A DNA stretch of 63,443 bases, counting the filler, from Octopus bimaculoides (lineage: Eukaryota), in assembly GCF_001194135.2 (NCBI RefSeq). It is 5 parts of 5 records of this genome, joined end to end, with 100 filler letters (N's around TTAATTAATTAA, not from the genome) between each part and the next. Parts side by side here need not be neighbours in the genome. Positions count along the whole stretch, not along the records: positions 18,042 to 42,504 come from NC_069001.1; positions 42,605 to 53,276 come from NC_068989.1; 3 more parts are not named here. One strand, 5' to 3'. The first letter of the stretch is position 1. Each line of letters starts with the position of its first letter. The notes beneath the pieces are model-generated. The model ran no database searches. It saw only the letters and a list, made by a program, of their open reading frames with translations, and was not told the DNA's origin. Below are positions 38,604 through 50,405 of the stretch, one piece after another. The translations under genes and the position numbers were made by a program.

Positions 38604-40599
38604 AAGTATATCAGAAAAGGCATAGAGTAATAGTTATGCCGAACAATATCATCACCACTCCGTAGTTCCCTTGGAGAATTGTGTATCGATACGCACATTA
38701 TCTCTTCATTCTCAAGACGGTAAGCTGTAAAGTTTTGGAGATTTCGCCACAAGGTAGCAGAGCAAGTCGTACGAAACACGTCTAAATGCGATAGATTCTT
38801 GATTTTGTAATTCTTTATTTCATAAATTTTGCCATAAAGGCATTACTTAGAGGGGACAAACAACGACAAACAAACAAAGAAGCTGCGGGCTGGACACGGA
38901 CATTAATGAATGAAATGAATACAAAAAGATGAGTAAAAAATGGAAAAGGCACCGGCGCCCACCGACCGCATACATACATCTTTAACCTTGTTCAATAAAA
39001 ATCATCAACAAATTCAAATCAAATCAAGTCCTATGGTCCTCCACATCCGGCCCCCCCAAGCAAGAATCCTGCTGCCTGCAGGACAACCCGCAATGGCTGG
39101 CCCGGCTTTATGATGATGATGAAATTCTTCCTGTCACATATCCTTTCAACATTTTTTCCTTCGATGTGATTTTGTAATTCTTATCACCACTCGCTTACCG
39201 CACAAACTTTCTTCATCTCTGGGAAAATTTGTTCCCTTACGCTTGTCGTCCTTGTGCGACTTATCAAGTCCTACGGTCTTCCGGAAAATTTCTTGAGGTC
39301 ATTTTGAACTTCGTTTCTCATTGAGTCGTTGTTGTTACTCGTTAAGCAATGGTCAGACTTGATCGACTGTTTTATAAGGGAAACTTCCTGTCAAGAGCCC
39401 TCAATATTGACTTTTAATGCTTTCCTCCTTAGTTTTCTTTGTAGAGAAGGTAGTTTTTATCTAACATGCTTACAGGAGTCGGGGTTCCTGGGCCACTCTA
39501 CCAAGGTCTGAAGACGTTATTTTTTAATGGAAGGATAGAGTAGAGGTTTCTGATTGCTTTCTGCCCCTTAATTTATTATTTACTATTATAGCATCCCACT
39601 GTCTCTAGTTTGCCCTTGATTCACATAACCAATTTAACATGCTAGGCAAAGGGCTGACCCATGCGAAACCAAGGCATATCTATAGAAGGCTAGATATACA
39701 TGACAAAGGTCTAGGAGCCAGCGCCCCTCTGAATCTTGTGTACCTTACCCACAAGCGCCATAACTGACCCCTTAATAACTACTGGAGTGAGGGGACTGTG
39801 AGTAATGGTGACTAAGGGAGAAATCCCATACTCCTCGAAAGTTCTGAAACCCCGATCTAGAGTGTCACCACTGGATGACAATTAATGTTTTACCGAAGAT
39901 ATTATTTATGTTTATGATGGCAGAGAATGAAATAAACAGACACCAGGTTGGTTCGTTAATTAAGTAAAGACTTAGAAGTGTCTATAATGATGTATAACTT
40001 TATTATTGTAACTGATATTGCCATAAGGATAATAAGAGAGATTGCTTAGCACCAGAAAGTTCATATATTAAATTTTTCCAATGCTTTATGTTTTATCTAA
40101 TTAAACAAAATAAATAAATGAATAAAAACAGCTGTATATGAGTAATAAAACTAAAGTCATAGCAAAGAGTCTGGCCTATTAATAAAGCCAAAAGTCATTG
40201 CCAGAGACATGTTCTTAATGAAGCTATATGAGTGTTAATGTTAAAATGTTTCCATTTGTAACTCAGTCAGAGATTTCCATATTTTCGATGTTTTGATATT
40301 AATAGTTTAATTAAACAATGTTGAAACATCAAGATTGCATGAGATAATCTTTGCTGCTGTTTCGGATTCCAGTCTTAGCTGAACGGTGTGTGGATAAAAT
40401 CTCAGATGTAAAGGTACACATATTGCGAATGTCCCTTTTTTTCTCAGGCATAGTGTAAGCCGATGTGACCGCTTTGGAAAATGGCGGGTGTACGTTGAGA
40501 ATTATTTGGCTGCCATAACTAACAAATTCACCAAACATGTACAGGATCACACTTGATTCATATTCCGAACTCGCTTCATACCCATTTTTAAACATAAGC

Positions 40600-41110
40600 A
40601 TGTCGTATTCACGGTGGATACATAGATAATTTCTACGTACTTGCCATAACATTTTTACAACGGAATACAGAGGTGTTTCGAAACCCAGTCATAGCGCTGT
40701 AGGTGTTGTGTGAGACAGCTGGACGGATACGGATACTACGCTGTGTATTGTTCTGTATGTCATTTTCTTCTAGAAATATTTTCAACTTCCTTCTGAGGAT
40801 TCTCTCATGACGTTAATGATATGTGAAGTCGGAGAGAATGGCCTTGTGCTTTCAGCCTCTACTCTGCTTCCACGTTTGGTGGATAGGACATATAATGTAT
40901 TCTTTCAATTTTTAGTAAGTTTACCAATAGCAAGGAAAATTTGGGAAAATATCTGAAGTGGTTTTGCTAAAGCCTGATTACATGGCTTTAGGAGAATCGC
41001 TGAAAAACATCACGACCAATTGTGTGTGGAGCAAGAGATCATGTCATCTCTGCTCGCTGTAACATTTACCTCCTCAATGTTAGTGTAATCGATGGCTGGC
41101 GCCTCCATTT
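40600..41110 (-). mobile_element. Decayed CR1/L2-group LINE reverse transcriptase fragment
   Basis: FSAILLKPCNQALAKPLQIFSQIFLAIGKL...TRPFSPTSHIINVMR... and SSCLTQHLQRYDWV. These match the PDGxPAILLK...YRPISLTS...RSCLTQLL layout of CR1-type RTs, with many stops. Confidence 0.8.
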
Positions 41111-41560
41111 TTAGAGCTGTATTATTAAAGAATTCAGCCGGGTTTACTCTGCATGTGCCCGAGGGTGGTGAGTAAAGACACCTTTAAATTGTTCCCTGAG
41201 TATCTCACTTCTCCTCCCTGGGTCTGCTGTCAGTGAGTCATTCCTTTGGAACAATGGTCCTATTTTATATTATATTGTGTTTGTTGACTTTACGAATTTA
41301 AAAGTATCTTTGAGATTTGTTTTTATGCTTTCTACATTTCGCTTCTCTCTCCCTACTCTTTCTATTTCATGAGAGAGTTTGATCCTGTTTTCTATTTCTA
41401 GGAGTGTCCGTATTAAGATAAACTTCTCCTTATCCTTCAGTTGCTTATTCAGCTACTTTGAGACGTTTGATCTGCGTCTCATGAGGATTTTCCTGTCCTT
41501 GGAATTCTTGTTTGCCATATACGAAATATAGCATGCATAAGTACGAATGTATACACAGAA

Positions 41561-41606
<46 letters not shown>

Positions 41607-42630
41607 NNNNNNNNNNNNNNNNNNNNNNNNNNNNNNNNNNNNNNNNNNNNNNNNNNNNNNNNNNNNNNNNNNNNNNNNNNNNNNNNNNNNNNNNNNNNNN
41701 NNNNNNNNNNNNNNNNNNNNNNNNNNNNNNNNNNNNNNNNNNNNNNNNNNNNNNNNNNNNNNNNNNNNNNNNNNNNNNNNNNNNNNNNNNNNNNNNNNNN
41801 NNNNNNNNNNNNNNNNNNNNNNNNNNNNNNNNNNNNNNNNNNNNNNNNNNNNNNNNNNNNNNNNNNNNNNNNNNNNNNNNNNNNNNNNNNNNNNNNNNNN
41901 NNNNNNNNNNNNNNNNNNNNNNNNNNNNNNNNNNNNNNNNNTATATATAAAGAGAGAGAAGGAGAAGAGTGAAAGGGAGAGAAAGAAAGAGAATGAGTAA
42001 GAGAAATGGAGAGAAAAGGAGGGAGTGAGAGAAATAGAGGCAAATATTCCAGCAAAATATCACACATATATATTATACGCTTATACACGCAGACAGAACT
42101 ATATTCAAATAAGCAAACAGACAAACAGACATAGACACATACACACACAATTACAAACAAATATGCACACACAAACTTACACATATAGACACCAAAACGC
42201 AACCATTCAGACAGATACAAACAAGAAGAGTGACAAACATATCTATATATAAACGGCTTAAATGTACAAAACTAGAACGGAAGAGTCACATAAACAAAAC
42301 CATTGACATTTCCAAAACATTCATCTTAAGTCTTCACTTCAAGAATACTTTAAGAACTCAGAATCTCATGCAGAAGCGAGTTTAATTTACCTTAAAACTG
42401 GAAGCAATTCTATCCTACTTAGAAACTACATAGCCAAGACTCATATTTACACATGCGTAAACTCATACGCATACATACATCTATGCATACATATATATAT
42501 ATATNNNNNNNNNNNNNNNNNNNNNNNNNNNNNNNNNNNNNNNNNNNNTTAATTAATTAANNNNNNNNNNNNNNNNNNNNNNNNNNNNNNNNNNNNNNNN
42601 NNNNTATACATATATATATATACATATATA

Positions 42631-43828
42631 TCATCATCATCATCGATTAACATCTGTTTTCCATGCTGGCATGGGTTGGACGGTTCGACTGAGCTCTGGA
42701 GAGCCAGCAACTGCACTAGGCTCCAATTTGGTTCGGCAGAGTTTCTACAGCTGGATACTCTTCCTAATGCTAACCACTCCTAGAGTGTAGTGGGTGCTTT
42801 TTTATGTGCCACTGACACAGTGGCCAGTAAGGTGGGCCTGGCAACGTTCACGTTTGGATGGTGCTTCTTACATGACACCAGCACAGGAGCCAGTTAGTGG
42901 GTATTGGCATAGGTCATGATCAGTTAATGCTTTTTTTACGTGTCACCAGCACCAGAGCCAGTAAGGCAGGCTTGGCAACAAACACGTTCAGACGGTGCTT
43001 TTTACATGCCATTGGCACAGGAGCCACTCAGGGAGTACTGGCATCGGTCATGATCGGTTGATGCCATTAACTGCCACCGGCACAGGAGCCAGTCAGGGAG
43101 TACTGGCATCGGTCATGATCAGTTGGCGTTTTTTATGTGTCACCGACACAGGAGCCAGTTAGGTGGACCTGGCATCGACCATGTTTGGATGGTGCTTTTT
43201 ACATACCATTGGCATGGGAGTCAGTCAGAGGTCACCAGCCCAAGCTACGATATTGGTTTTACTTCACTCAACAGGTCTTCTCAAACATATCATATCACCT
43301 TAACAAGGCTGGACGTGCGTGGCTGTGATCTTACTTTAGTTGCCGGGTCTTCTCAATCACGGCATATCTCCAAATGTCCTGGTTTCCTGTCATAGCCTCT
43401 GTGAGGTCCAATGCTTCAAGGTCATATTTCTCCACCTCATCCCATGTCTTCCTGGGTCTACCTCTTCCACAGGTTCATTCTACAGTTAGGGAGTGGCACT
43501 TCCTCACACAGCTGTCTTCATTCATACATAGCACATGGCCATAACAGCGTAGTCACCTCTCTTGCACACCATATTTGATGCTTCTTATACCCAACTTTTC
43601 TCTCAGGGCACTTACACTCACATTACACACCCAGCGGATCATACTAGCTTCATTTCTTTCAAGCCTACACATGTTCTCAGCATTCATAGCCCATGTTTCA
43701 CTGCCGTGTTGCATGGCAGTTTGCACACATGCATCATAGTCTACCTTACACCCTGAGCAAGAGGCACTGAGTTGCCAGCAGAGGTAGAAGCTCCCTGAAC
43801 TTTTCCCAGGCTGTTCTGACTCTAGTTG

Positions 43829-43830
<2 letters not shown>
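42631..43830 (-). mobile_element. 5'-truncated RTE LINE (ORF C-terminus, 3' UTR and (GAT)n tail)
   Basis: VATRVRTAWEKFRELLPLL / YDACVQTAMQHGSETWAM...CYGHVLCM...CGRGRPRKTWDEV..DLTEAMTGNQDIWRYAVIEKTRQLK* (stop at 43331-43333). Confidence 0.92.
42806..43235. repeat. ~66-bp tandem array inside the RTE 3' UTR (about 7 units, two unit types)
   Basis: Units gccacc(g/a)gcacaggagccagt... start near 42806, 42873, 42940, 43006, 43072, 43137 and 43203. Confidence 0.85.
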
Positions 43831-43864
<34 letters not shown>

Positions 43865-44350
43865 NNNNNNNNNNNNNNNNNNNNNNNNNNNNNNNNNNNN
43901 NNNNNNNNNNNNNNNNNNNNNNNNNNNNNNNNNNNNNNNNNNNNNNNNNNNNNNNNNNNNNNNNTGTTGTTGTTTTTTCGTACATTCTCCTACATATATA
44001 TACATATATATATTCACACACAAATATATATGTACATATATATACACACACATATATATACATATATACACACACACACATATATATATATATACATACA
44101 CATATATATACACAAATATATACATGTATATATACATACACATATATATACATCATCATCATCATCATATACATTCCCTTTAAAAATTGCTCTTAAATGC
44201 AGATTTGGTCATTTTGACTAGTTCCTCTAGCATGTAAAACTGCCTGTTGAAGGCAGTTTCTCTTGTGTTTAAATGTACACTATTTTATATGAGAATATAT
44301 TGTCTACTGATAGGCCACTGGTAGTGAAACTTCTAAAAATACTTGCTACC

Positions 44351-44392
<42 letters not shown>

Positions 44393-44638
44393 CTCAATAA
44401 TAGGATAAGATCTTTTAGAAGAACTTATCAAGTAGCTAGCGTGAAAAAACCTCATAAAGGAAAAAAATCCATCATTTATTCCCTAGCATATATTTATATA
44501 TATTTATATAAGGGCATTATTATACAAGAATGTCTCATGCTATGAGAGATTACTAAGGTCAAACTACCATAATAAACACATTTTTACCGAACGCGAGGAA
44601 ATGCAACTCTCAAAATTAGCCTCTTAAAAACAGACTGA

Positions 44639-44702
44639 ACTATATATTGAATCGATTTCACAGTTATTACAACAATATGTAACTTCTGATCATCAGTATA
44701 GT
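44639..44702 (-). ncRNA. Type I hammerhead ribozyme (variant, in a probable PLE pLTR)
   Basis: ACUAUA-CUGAUGA-U-CAG-AA-GUUACA-(UAUUGU)-UGUAAU-AA-CUG-U-GAA-AUCGA-U-UCAAU-A-UAUAGU. Confidence 0.7.
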
Positions 44703-44751
44703 ATTGTCAAAATACATAAAAATAAACAAAAGATTCAACATACCATGTTGA

Positions 44752-44928
44752 ATCATTGTACATGGGCACTTTGTTCCGAAAAATCCATAGCTTTCAAAAT
44801 CATCTCCATGATTAAGATAAACCACATGACAGATATTGTACAGCCAGCAGCAATGCCAAACTCAAATCTCTTTGTGCCACAGCTGTCGGAGAAGGTCAAA
44901 GAGCTTCTTTCGCAGACGATTGCAATTT
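44752..44928 (-). mobile_element. HERO/R2-superfamily non-LTR RT fragment with internal deletion
   Basis: NCNRLRKKLFDLLRQLWHK joined to FEFGIAAGCTISVMWFILIMEMIL. The second segment resembles the GIxxGCxIS form of RT motif B typical of HERO-like elements. Confidence 0.65.
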
Positions 44929-45090
44929 ACATATATATAACATATATGTATATATATATATATATTATATAATATATATATAACATATATCTACATATTT
45001 AACACATATGTATCTATATATTATACAATATATATATATATATATATAACATATATATACATATATATAACATATATGTATATATATATG

Positions 45091-45567
45091 CATGACCTTC
45101 GAACATTAGACCTCACCAAGGCAATGGCTTGTGACCAAGACCTTTGGAAATATGCTGTGCGTGAGAAGACCCGTCAAGCCAAGTGAGACCATAATCCGAG
45201 GCCTCTGCCAAGGGTGTAGCCAGCCTACTTATGCATACCTTTCCTTCGTTGGACACTAAACTCTGTTTGTGAAAACCTGTTGAGACAAATGAAATCGATC
45301 TAAATTCAACGACTGGCACCCATGCCAAACCTCCTTCATTAACACTAAACTCGGCTTGCGAAGACCTGTTGGGGTAAGCGAAATTGAAATCATGATTAAA
45401 CCAAATTCGATGACTGGCACCTGTGCCTGTGGAGTGCTCAGAGCACTGTCTGAGCATGATCATTGCCAGAGCAGCTGTCTGGCATAATTTGAGTGTGATC
45501 ATTACCTGCGTCACTTCATTGGAACTTGTGCCGGTGGCACGTGTAAAAACATTCGAGCGAGATCGTT
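45091..45567 (+). mobile_element. RTE LINE ORF end and 3' UTR (second subfamily)
   Basis: HDLRTLDLTKAMACDQDLWKYAVREKTRQAK* (45091-45186), homologous to the C-terminus ending at 43331. Confidence 0.88.
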
Positions 45568-45812
45568 ACCATGCTAGCATGGGTTGGACAATTTGACTGA
45601 GGACTGGTGAACCAGATGGCTACACCAGGCTCCAATCTGATTTGGCAGAGTTTCTACAGCTGGATGCCCTTCCTAACGCCAACCACTCCGAGAGTGTAGT
45701 GGGTGCTTTTACGTGCCACCAGCACGAGGTGCAGTCAAGAGGTAATGGCAATGGCCACGCTCAAAATGGTGTATTTTACATGCCACATGCACAGGAGCCA
45801 GTCCAGCAGTAC
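45568..45812 (-). mobile_element. Inverted RTE 3' UTR segment
   Basis: RTE tail sequence in opposite orientation, directly joined to 45091-45567. Confidence 0.85.
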
Positions 45813-45920
45813 TATTTGTGTATATATATATATAATATATACATATATATATAATATTTATATATATAATATACATATATAATATGTATATAAGATATAT
45901 ATACAATATATTTATATATA

Positions 45921-46082
45921 GGCGCAGGTGTGGGTGTGTTTTAAGTAGCTTGCTTACCAACCACATGGTTCTGGGTTCAGTCCCACTGCGTGGCACCTCG
46001 GGCAAGTGTCTTCTACTATAGCCTTGGACCGACCAAAGGCTTGTGCGTGGATTTGGTAGACGGAAAGTGAAAGAAGCCCATC

Positions 46083-46152
<70 letters not shown>

Positions 46153-46372
46153 AAAAATATATTAGTGTATGTGTGTGTCCGTGTTTGTCCCCGCAACATC
46201 GCTTAACAACCGAAACTGGTGTGTTTACATCCCCGTAACTTAGTGGTTCGGCAAAAGAGACTGATAGAATAAGTACTAGACTTACAAAGAATAAGTTCTG
46301 GGGTTGATTGTTCGACTAAAAGTGGTGCTCCAGCATGGCCGTAGTCAAATGACCGAAACAAGTAAACGAGTA
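45921..46372 (+). mobile_element. SINE family A, full length (a second 3' tail lies at 46545-46631)
   Basis: Family A homology. Confidence 0.92.
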
Positions 46373-46769
46373 TAAGATAAACATATATATAATATATTTA
46401 TATGAGATAAATATATATATATAATATTTACATATATAATATATTTAAATAAGATAAATATATATATATATAATACATTTCTATAAGATAAATATATAAT
46501 ATATACATATATAATATACTTATGTAAGATAAATATATATAAACAGAGAATAAGTCCTGGGGTCGATTTGCTCAACTAAAGGCGGTGCTCCAGCAGGGCC
46601 TCAGTCAAATGACTGAAACAACTAAAAGAATATACAATATATACATATTATATATATATAATATATACAAATATATAATATATAATATATTATATAATAT
46701 ATACATATATATATAATATATATAATATTATATAATATATTATATAATATATATATATAATATATATAT

Positions 46770-47018
46770 CATCATCATCATCATCATCGTTTAACGTCCG
46801 CTTTCCATGCTAGCATGGGTTGGACGATTTGACTGAGGACTGGTGAAACCGGATGGCAACACCAGGCTCCAGTCTGATTTGGCAGAGTTTCTACAGCTGG
46901 ATGCCCTTCCTAACGCCAACCACTCAGAGAGTGTAGTGGGTGCTTTTACGTGTCACCCGCACGAAAACGGCCACGCTCGAAATGGTGTCTTTTATGTGCC
47001 ACCCGCACAAGCCAGTCC
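46770..47018 (-). mobile_element. RTE 3' UTR/tail fragment
   Basis: (CAT)n-cgtttaacgtccgctttccatgctagcatgggttggacg... Confidence 0.9.
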
Positions 47019-47946
47019 NNNNNNNNNNNNNNNNNNNNNNNNNNNNNNNNNNNNNNNNNNNNNNNNNNNNNNNNNNNNNNNNNNNNNNNNNNNNNNNNNN
47101 NNNNNNNNNNNNNNNNNNNNNNNNNNNNNNNNNNNNNNNNNNNNNNNNNNNNNNNNNNNNNNNNNNNNNNNNNNNNNNNNNNNNNNNNNNNNNNNNNNNN
47201 NNNNNNNNNNNNNNNNNNNNNNNNNNNNNNNNNNNNNNNNNNNNNNNNNNNNNNNNNNNNNNNNNNNNNNNNNNNNNNNNNNNNNNNNNNNNNNNNNNNN
47301 NNNNNNNNNNNNNNNNNNNNNNNNNNNNNNNNNNNNNNNNNNNNNNNNNNNNNNNNNNNNNNNNNNNNNNNNNNNNNNNNNNNNNNNNNNNNNNNNNNNN
47401 NNNNNNNNNNNTATATAATATATTATATAATATATACATATATATATATATATAATGCAAGGGATTTAGCGGTTGAGTATTCAACCCACTAAGTGATAGT
47501 ATCTATCCAATATACTGCTGGGAGGGTACCCAGTTGTCCAATTAGATGAGAAGAATTAACTGTACAAATCATCCCTCCCCAAATAGCAGCAGAAACTCTA
47601 ATACCCATTACTGGAATGACCTGATCTTCTCCACAGGAAGAATAACGGAGTACCTCATCACAAAGTTCAAAATGTTGGCATATTATTATTATTATTGTTG
47701 CTGTTGTTGTTGTTGTTATTATCATCATCATCATTATTATTATTACTATTAGAGTATCAATAACTCCTCTAGAATTAACTTCCACATAGACCCATCCACC
47801 AGATACAGAACTGACATGCACGCACCCAACAAATTTTAACATTTAAACAGCTTTCAAAACGCAACGAATGACGTTCATACCAGGGATCATGTATGTATGG
47901 GAATATTTGTGTATACATATATGTATGTATGTACGTATGTGTGAAG

Positions 47947-47990
<44 letters not shown>

Positions 47991-48049
47991 TTCCTCCTCA
48001 CATGTGATGGCAGTGACTGTTGATGTACATCTGGGCACGCATATGTACT

Positions 48050-48560
48050 CATCTATCTATGCTTTTGTATCCATAGATATCTGCGTATGGTTATGTACAC
48101 AGGCACAGGCATGTGTATTGGAGTGTTTAAAATTATTTACATGGTCTTATATACTGTTTGTAGGCTTTTTATGTGCCTTATATTTTTATATTTTCATTTT
48201 CCTTTATTCTTATTTTTATTATTTATTTTATATTTGTATTGAATTTTGTGAATCTCTGAAGAGGTCTAGCGAATCATGCATGTACCCTCATTCCATCATT
48301 TTCATCTGCTAATTACTCCGGCGCACAGGAGCTATAGAGATAGAATGGGGCATGCCAACGCTAGGCCGAAACAGTTGTAAGTTTCTGTATATTCTCCAAT
48401 TGCTAAATGTACTTTATATTTGTAACCTTAATTGTTAATATGACATGGTATGTCATAAGCATCTGTATATTGTGGTTTTTGTCATTTTAGTTGTAGAATA
48501 AACAAATTAATCAACGGAATACACTGTCTGCAAGTCGATGGATACCACATATTCTCTATT
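48050..48560 (+). mobile_element. Probable Penelope-like solo pLTR or non-autonomous element
   Basis: AT-rich repeat-like segment containing an HHR, an 8-bp hairpin TATGACAT-ggt-ATGTCATA (48439-48457) and an AATAAA-like motif. It abuts (TA)n. Boundaries are approximate. Confidence 0.55.
48250..48385 (+). ncRNA. Type I hammerhead ribozyme with an 89-nt extension of stem II
   Basis: GAAUCU-CUGAAGA-GGUCUAGC-[89 nt]-GCUAGGCC-GAA-ACAGUUGU-A-AGUUUC. Core canonical, stem II 8 bp, stem I 5/6 paired, triplet GUA. Confidence 0.8.
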
Positions 48561-49109
48561 TTCTTATTGCTATATATATATATATANNNNNNNNNNNNNN
48601 NNNNNNNNNNNNNNNNNNNNNNNNNNNNNNNNNNNNNNNNNNNNNNNNNNNNNNNNNNNNNNNNNNNNNNNNNNNNNNNNNNNNNNNNNNNNNNNNNNNN
48701 NNNNNNNNNNNNNNNNNNNNNNNNNNNNNNNNNNNNNNNNNNNNNNNNNNNNNNNNNNNNNNNNNNNNNNNNNNNNNNNNNNNNNNNNNNNNNNNNNNNN
48801 NNNNNNNNNNNNNNNNNNNNNNNNNNNNNNNNNNNNNNNNNNNNNNNNNNNNNNNNNNNNNNNNNNNNNNNNNNNNNNNNNNNNNNNNNNNNNNNNNNNN
48901 NNNNNNNNNNNNNNNNNNNNNNNNNNNNNNNNNNNNNNNNNNNNNNNNNNNNNNNNNNNNNNNNNNNNNNNNNNNNNNNNNNNNNNNNNNNNNNNNNNNN
49001 NNNNNNNNNNNNNNNNNNNNNNNNNNNNNNNNNNNNNNNNNNNNNNNNNNGAACCCAGAACCATGTGGTTGGTAAGCAAGCTACTTACCACACAGCCACT
49101 CCTACGCCT

Positions 49110-49208
<99 letters not shown>

Positions 49209-49269
49209 GTGTGTAATATACATTTATATAATACCCATGCCCAATTTATATTACAGATATATATAATAT

Positions 49270-49603
49270 GCTGAGACCCCCTTCGATCATGACTGACCAT
49301 GGGATTGCACCTAGAAAGTTACCCTCCCAGGTACAAGTCTGGGAAAGTTTGTTTATGGAAGCCCAGCTGTCGCCCATGCATTCCAGCCTCCCCTCTCCAT
49401 GCCACCAGTGTTATCCAAGGGAAAGGCAAAGGCCGATACAGTTTGGTACTTGTGACGTCGCAACTCATTTCTACAGCTGTGTGAAGTGAAGCAACATGAA
49501 ATAAAGTGTCTTGCTCAAGAACACAACACGCAGTGCTGTCTGGGATTTGAACTCACAATCTCACGATCGTAAGATCGACGCTCTAACCACTGAGCCATAA
49601 GCC
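49270..49603 (-). mobile_element. tRNA-derived SINE family E, full length
   Basis: Head GGCTTATGGCTCAGTGGTTAGAGCG...GAGTTCAAATCCC, then tgtgttcttgagcaagacacttt...cagctgtagaaatgagt. Confidence 0.88.
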
Positions 49604-49638
49604 AACACATATGTAATATATACATATATATATATAAC

Positions 49639-49897
49639 ATATATGTATCTCCTGTGCAGGTGGCACGTATGAAACACTATTTTGAGCATGGCCATTGCCA
49701 GTATCACGTGACTGGCCCTCGTGCCGGTGGCACATAAAAGCACCCACTGCACTCTTGGAGTGGTTGGCGTTAGGAAGGGCATCTAGCTGTAGAAACTCTG
49801 CCAGATCAGATTGGAGCCTGGTGCAGCCATCTGGTTCACCAGTCCTCAGTCAAATCGTCCAACCCATGCTAGCATCGAAAGTGGATGATGATGATGA
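49639..49897 (+). mobile_element. RTE 3' UTR/tail fragment
   Basis: gagtggttggcgttaggaagggcatctagc...ccaacccatgctagcat...(GAT)n. Confidence 0.9.
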
Positions 49898-49944
49898 TAT
49901 ATATATATGTATGTATATGTATTTCCTATTAGATGTGTTTTTGT

Positions 49945-50405
49945 TGACTAGAAGATCAATTATTAGCTTTGACAATAAATGTTGAGTTAGACATGACACA
50001 TATGACTGTTTTGACATTGTTATGGGCTCGGCTGATTCTGCACAGGTGCAGACCTTGTTGGAATATGAAACATTTTTATTCAATTTTAGTAGTGAATTTG
50101 CAGAAATAGTGGGCACTGTATAAATCCCATCAAAATCACATCTAATAGCAAACTTGAGATGTGTAAGAAAAAATTCCATTGCTTATTCCAGAGGTTTGGT
50201 CTATCTATTTCAATAAAAAAAAGAGAATAATTCTGATAATTTTTTAGATGTAAATTTTAACCTAAAAACAGTTAGATATGTACCTTACCATAAACCAAAT
50301 TCTAAATTAACCTACATTAACTTTAAAAGCAAACATCCAAAGTCAATAACCAATTGGTTAGTTTTAAATATAGAAAAAAGAATTATTTACCTCTCATATA
50401 ATGAG
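49945..50405 (+). mobile_element. Penelope-like element reverse transcriptase pseudogene fragment
   Basis: FDIVMGSADSAQV...DNFLDVNFNLKTVRYVPYHKPNSKLTYINFKSKHPKSITN...IEKRI matches PLE RT motifs (FDVTMGSxDGAE, NFLDV, PYxKPN, SNHP). The YxDD region is disrupted. Confidence 0.88.

Noticed and set aside
41115-41173. Candidate 53-nt exon (ttttAG ... G|GTGAGT)
   Set aside because: It abuts the 5' edge of a decayed CR1-type LINE on the opposite strand and the peptide is unrecognisable.
44237-44259. 8-bp hairpin AAACTGCC/GGCAGTTT as a Helitron 3' end
   Set aside because: There is no CTRR terminus at the expected distance.
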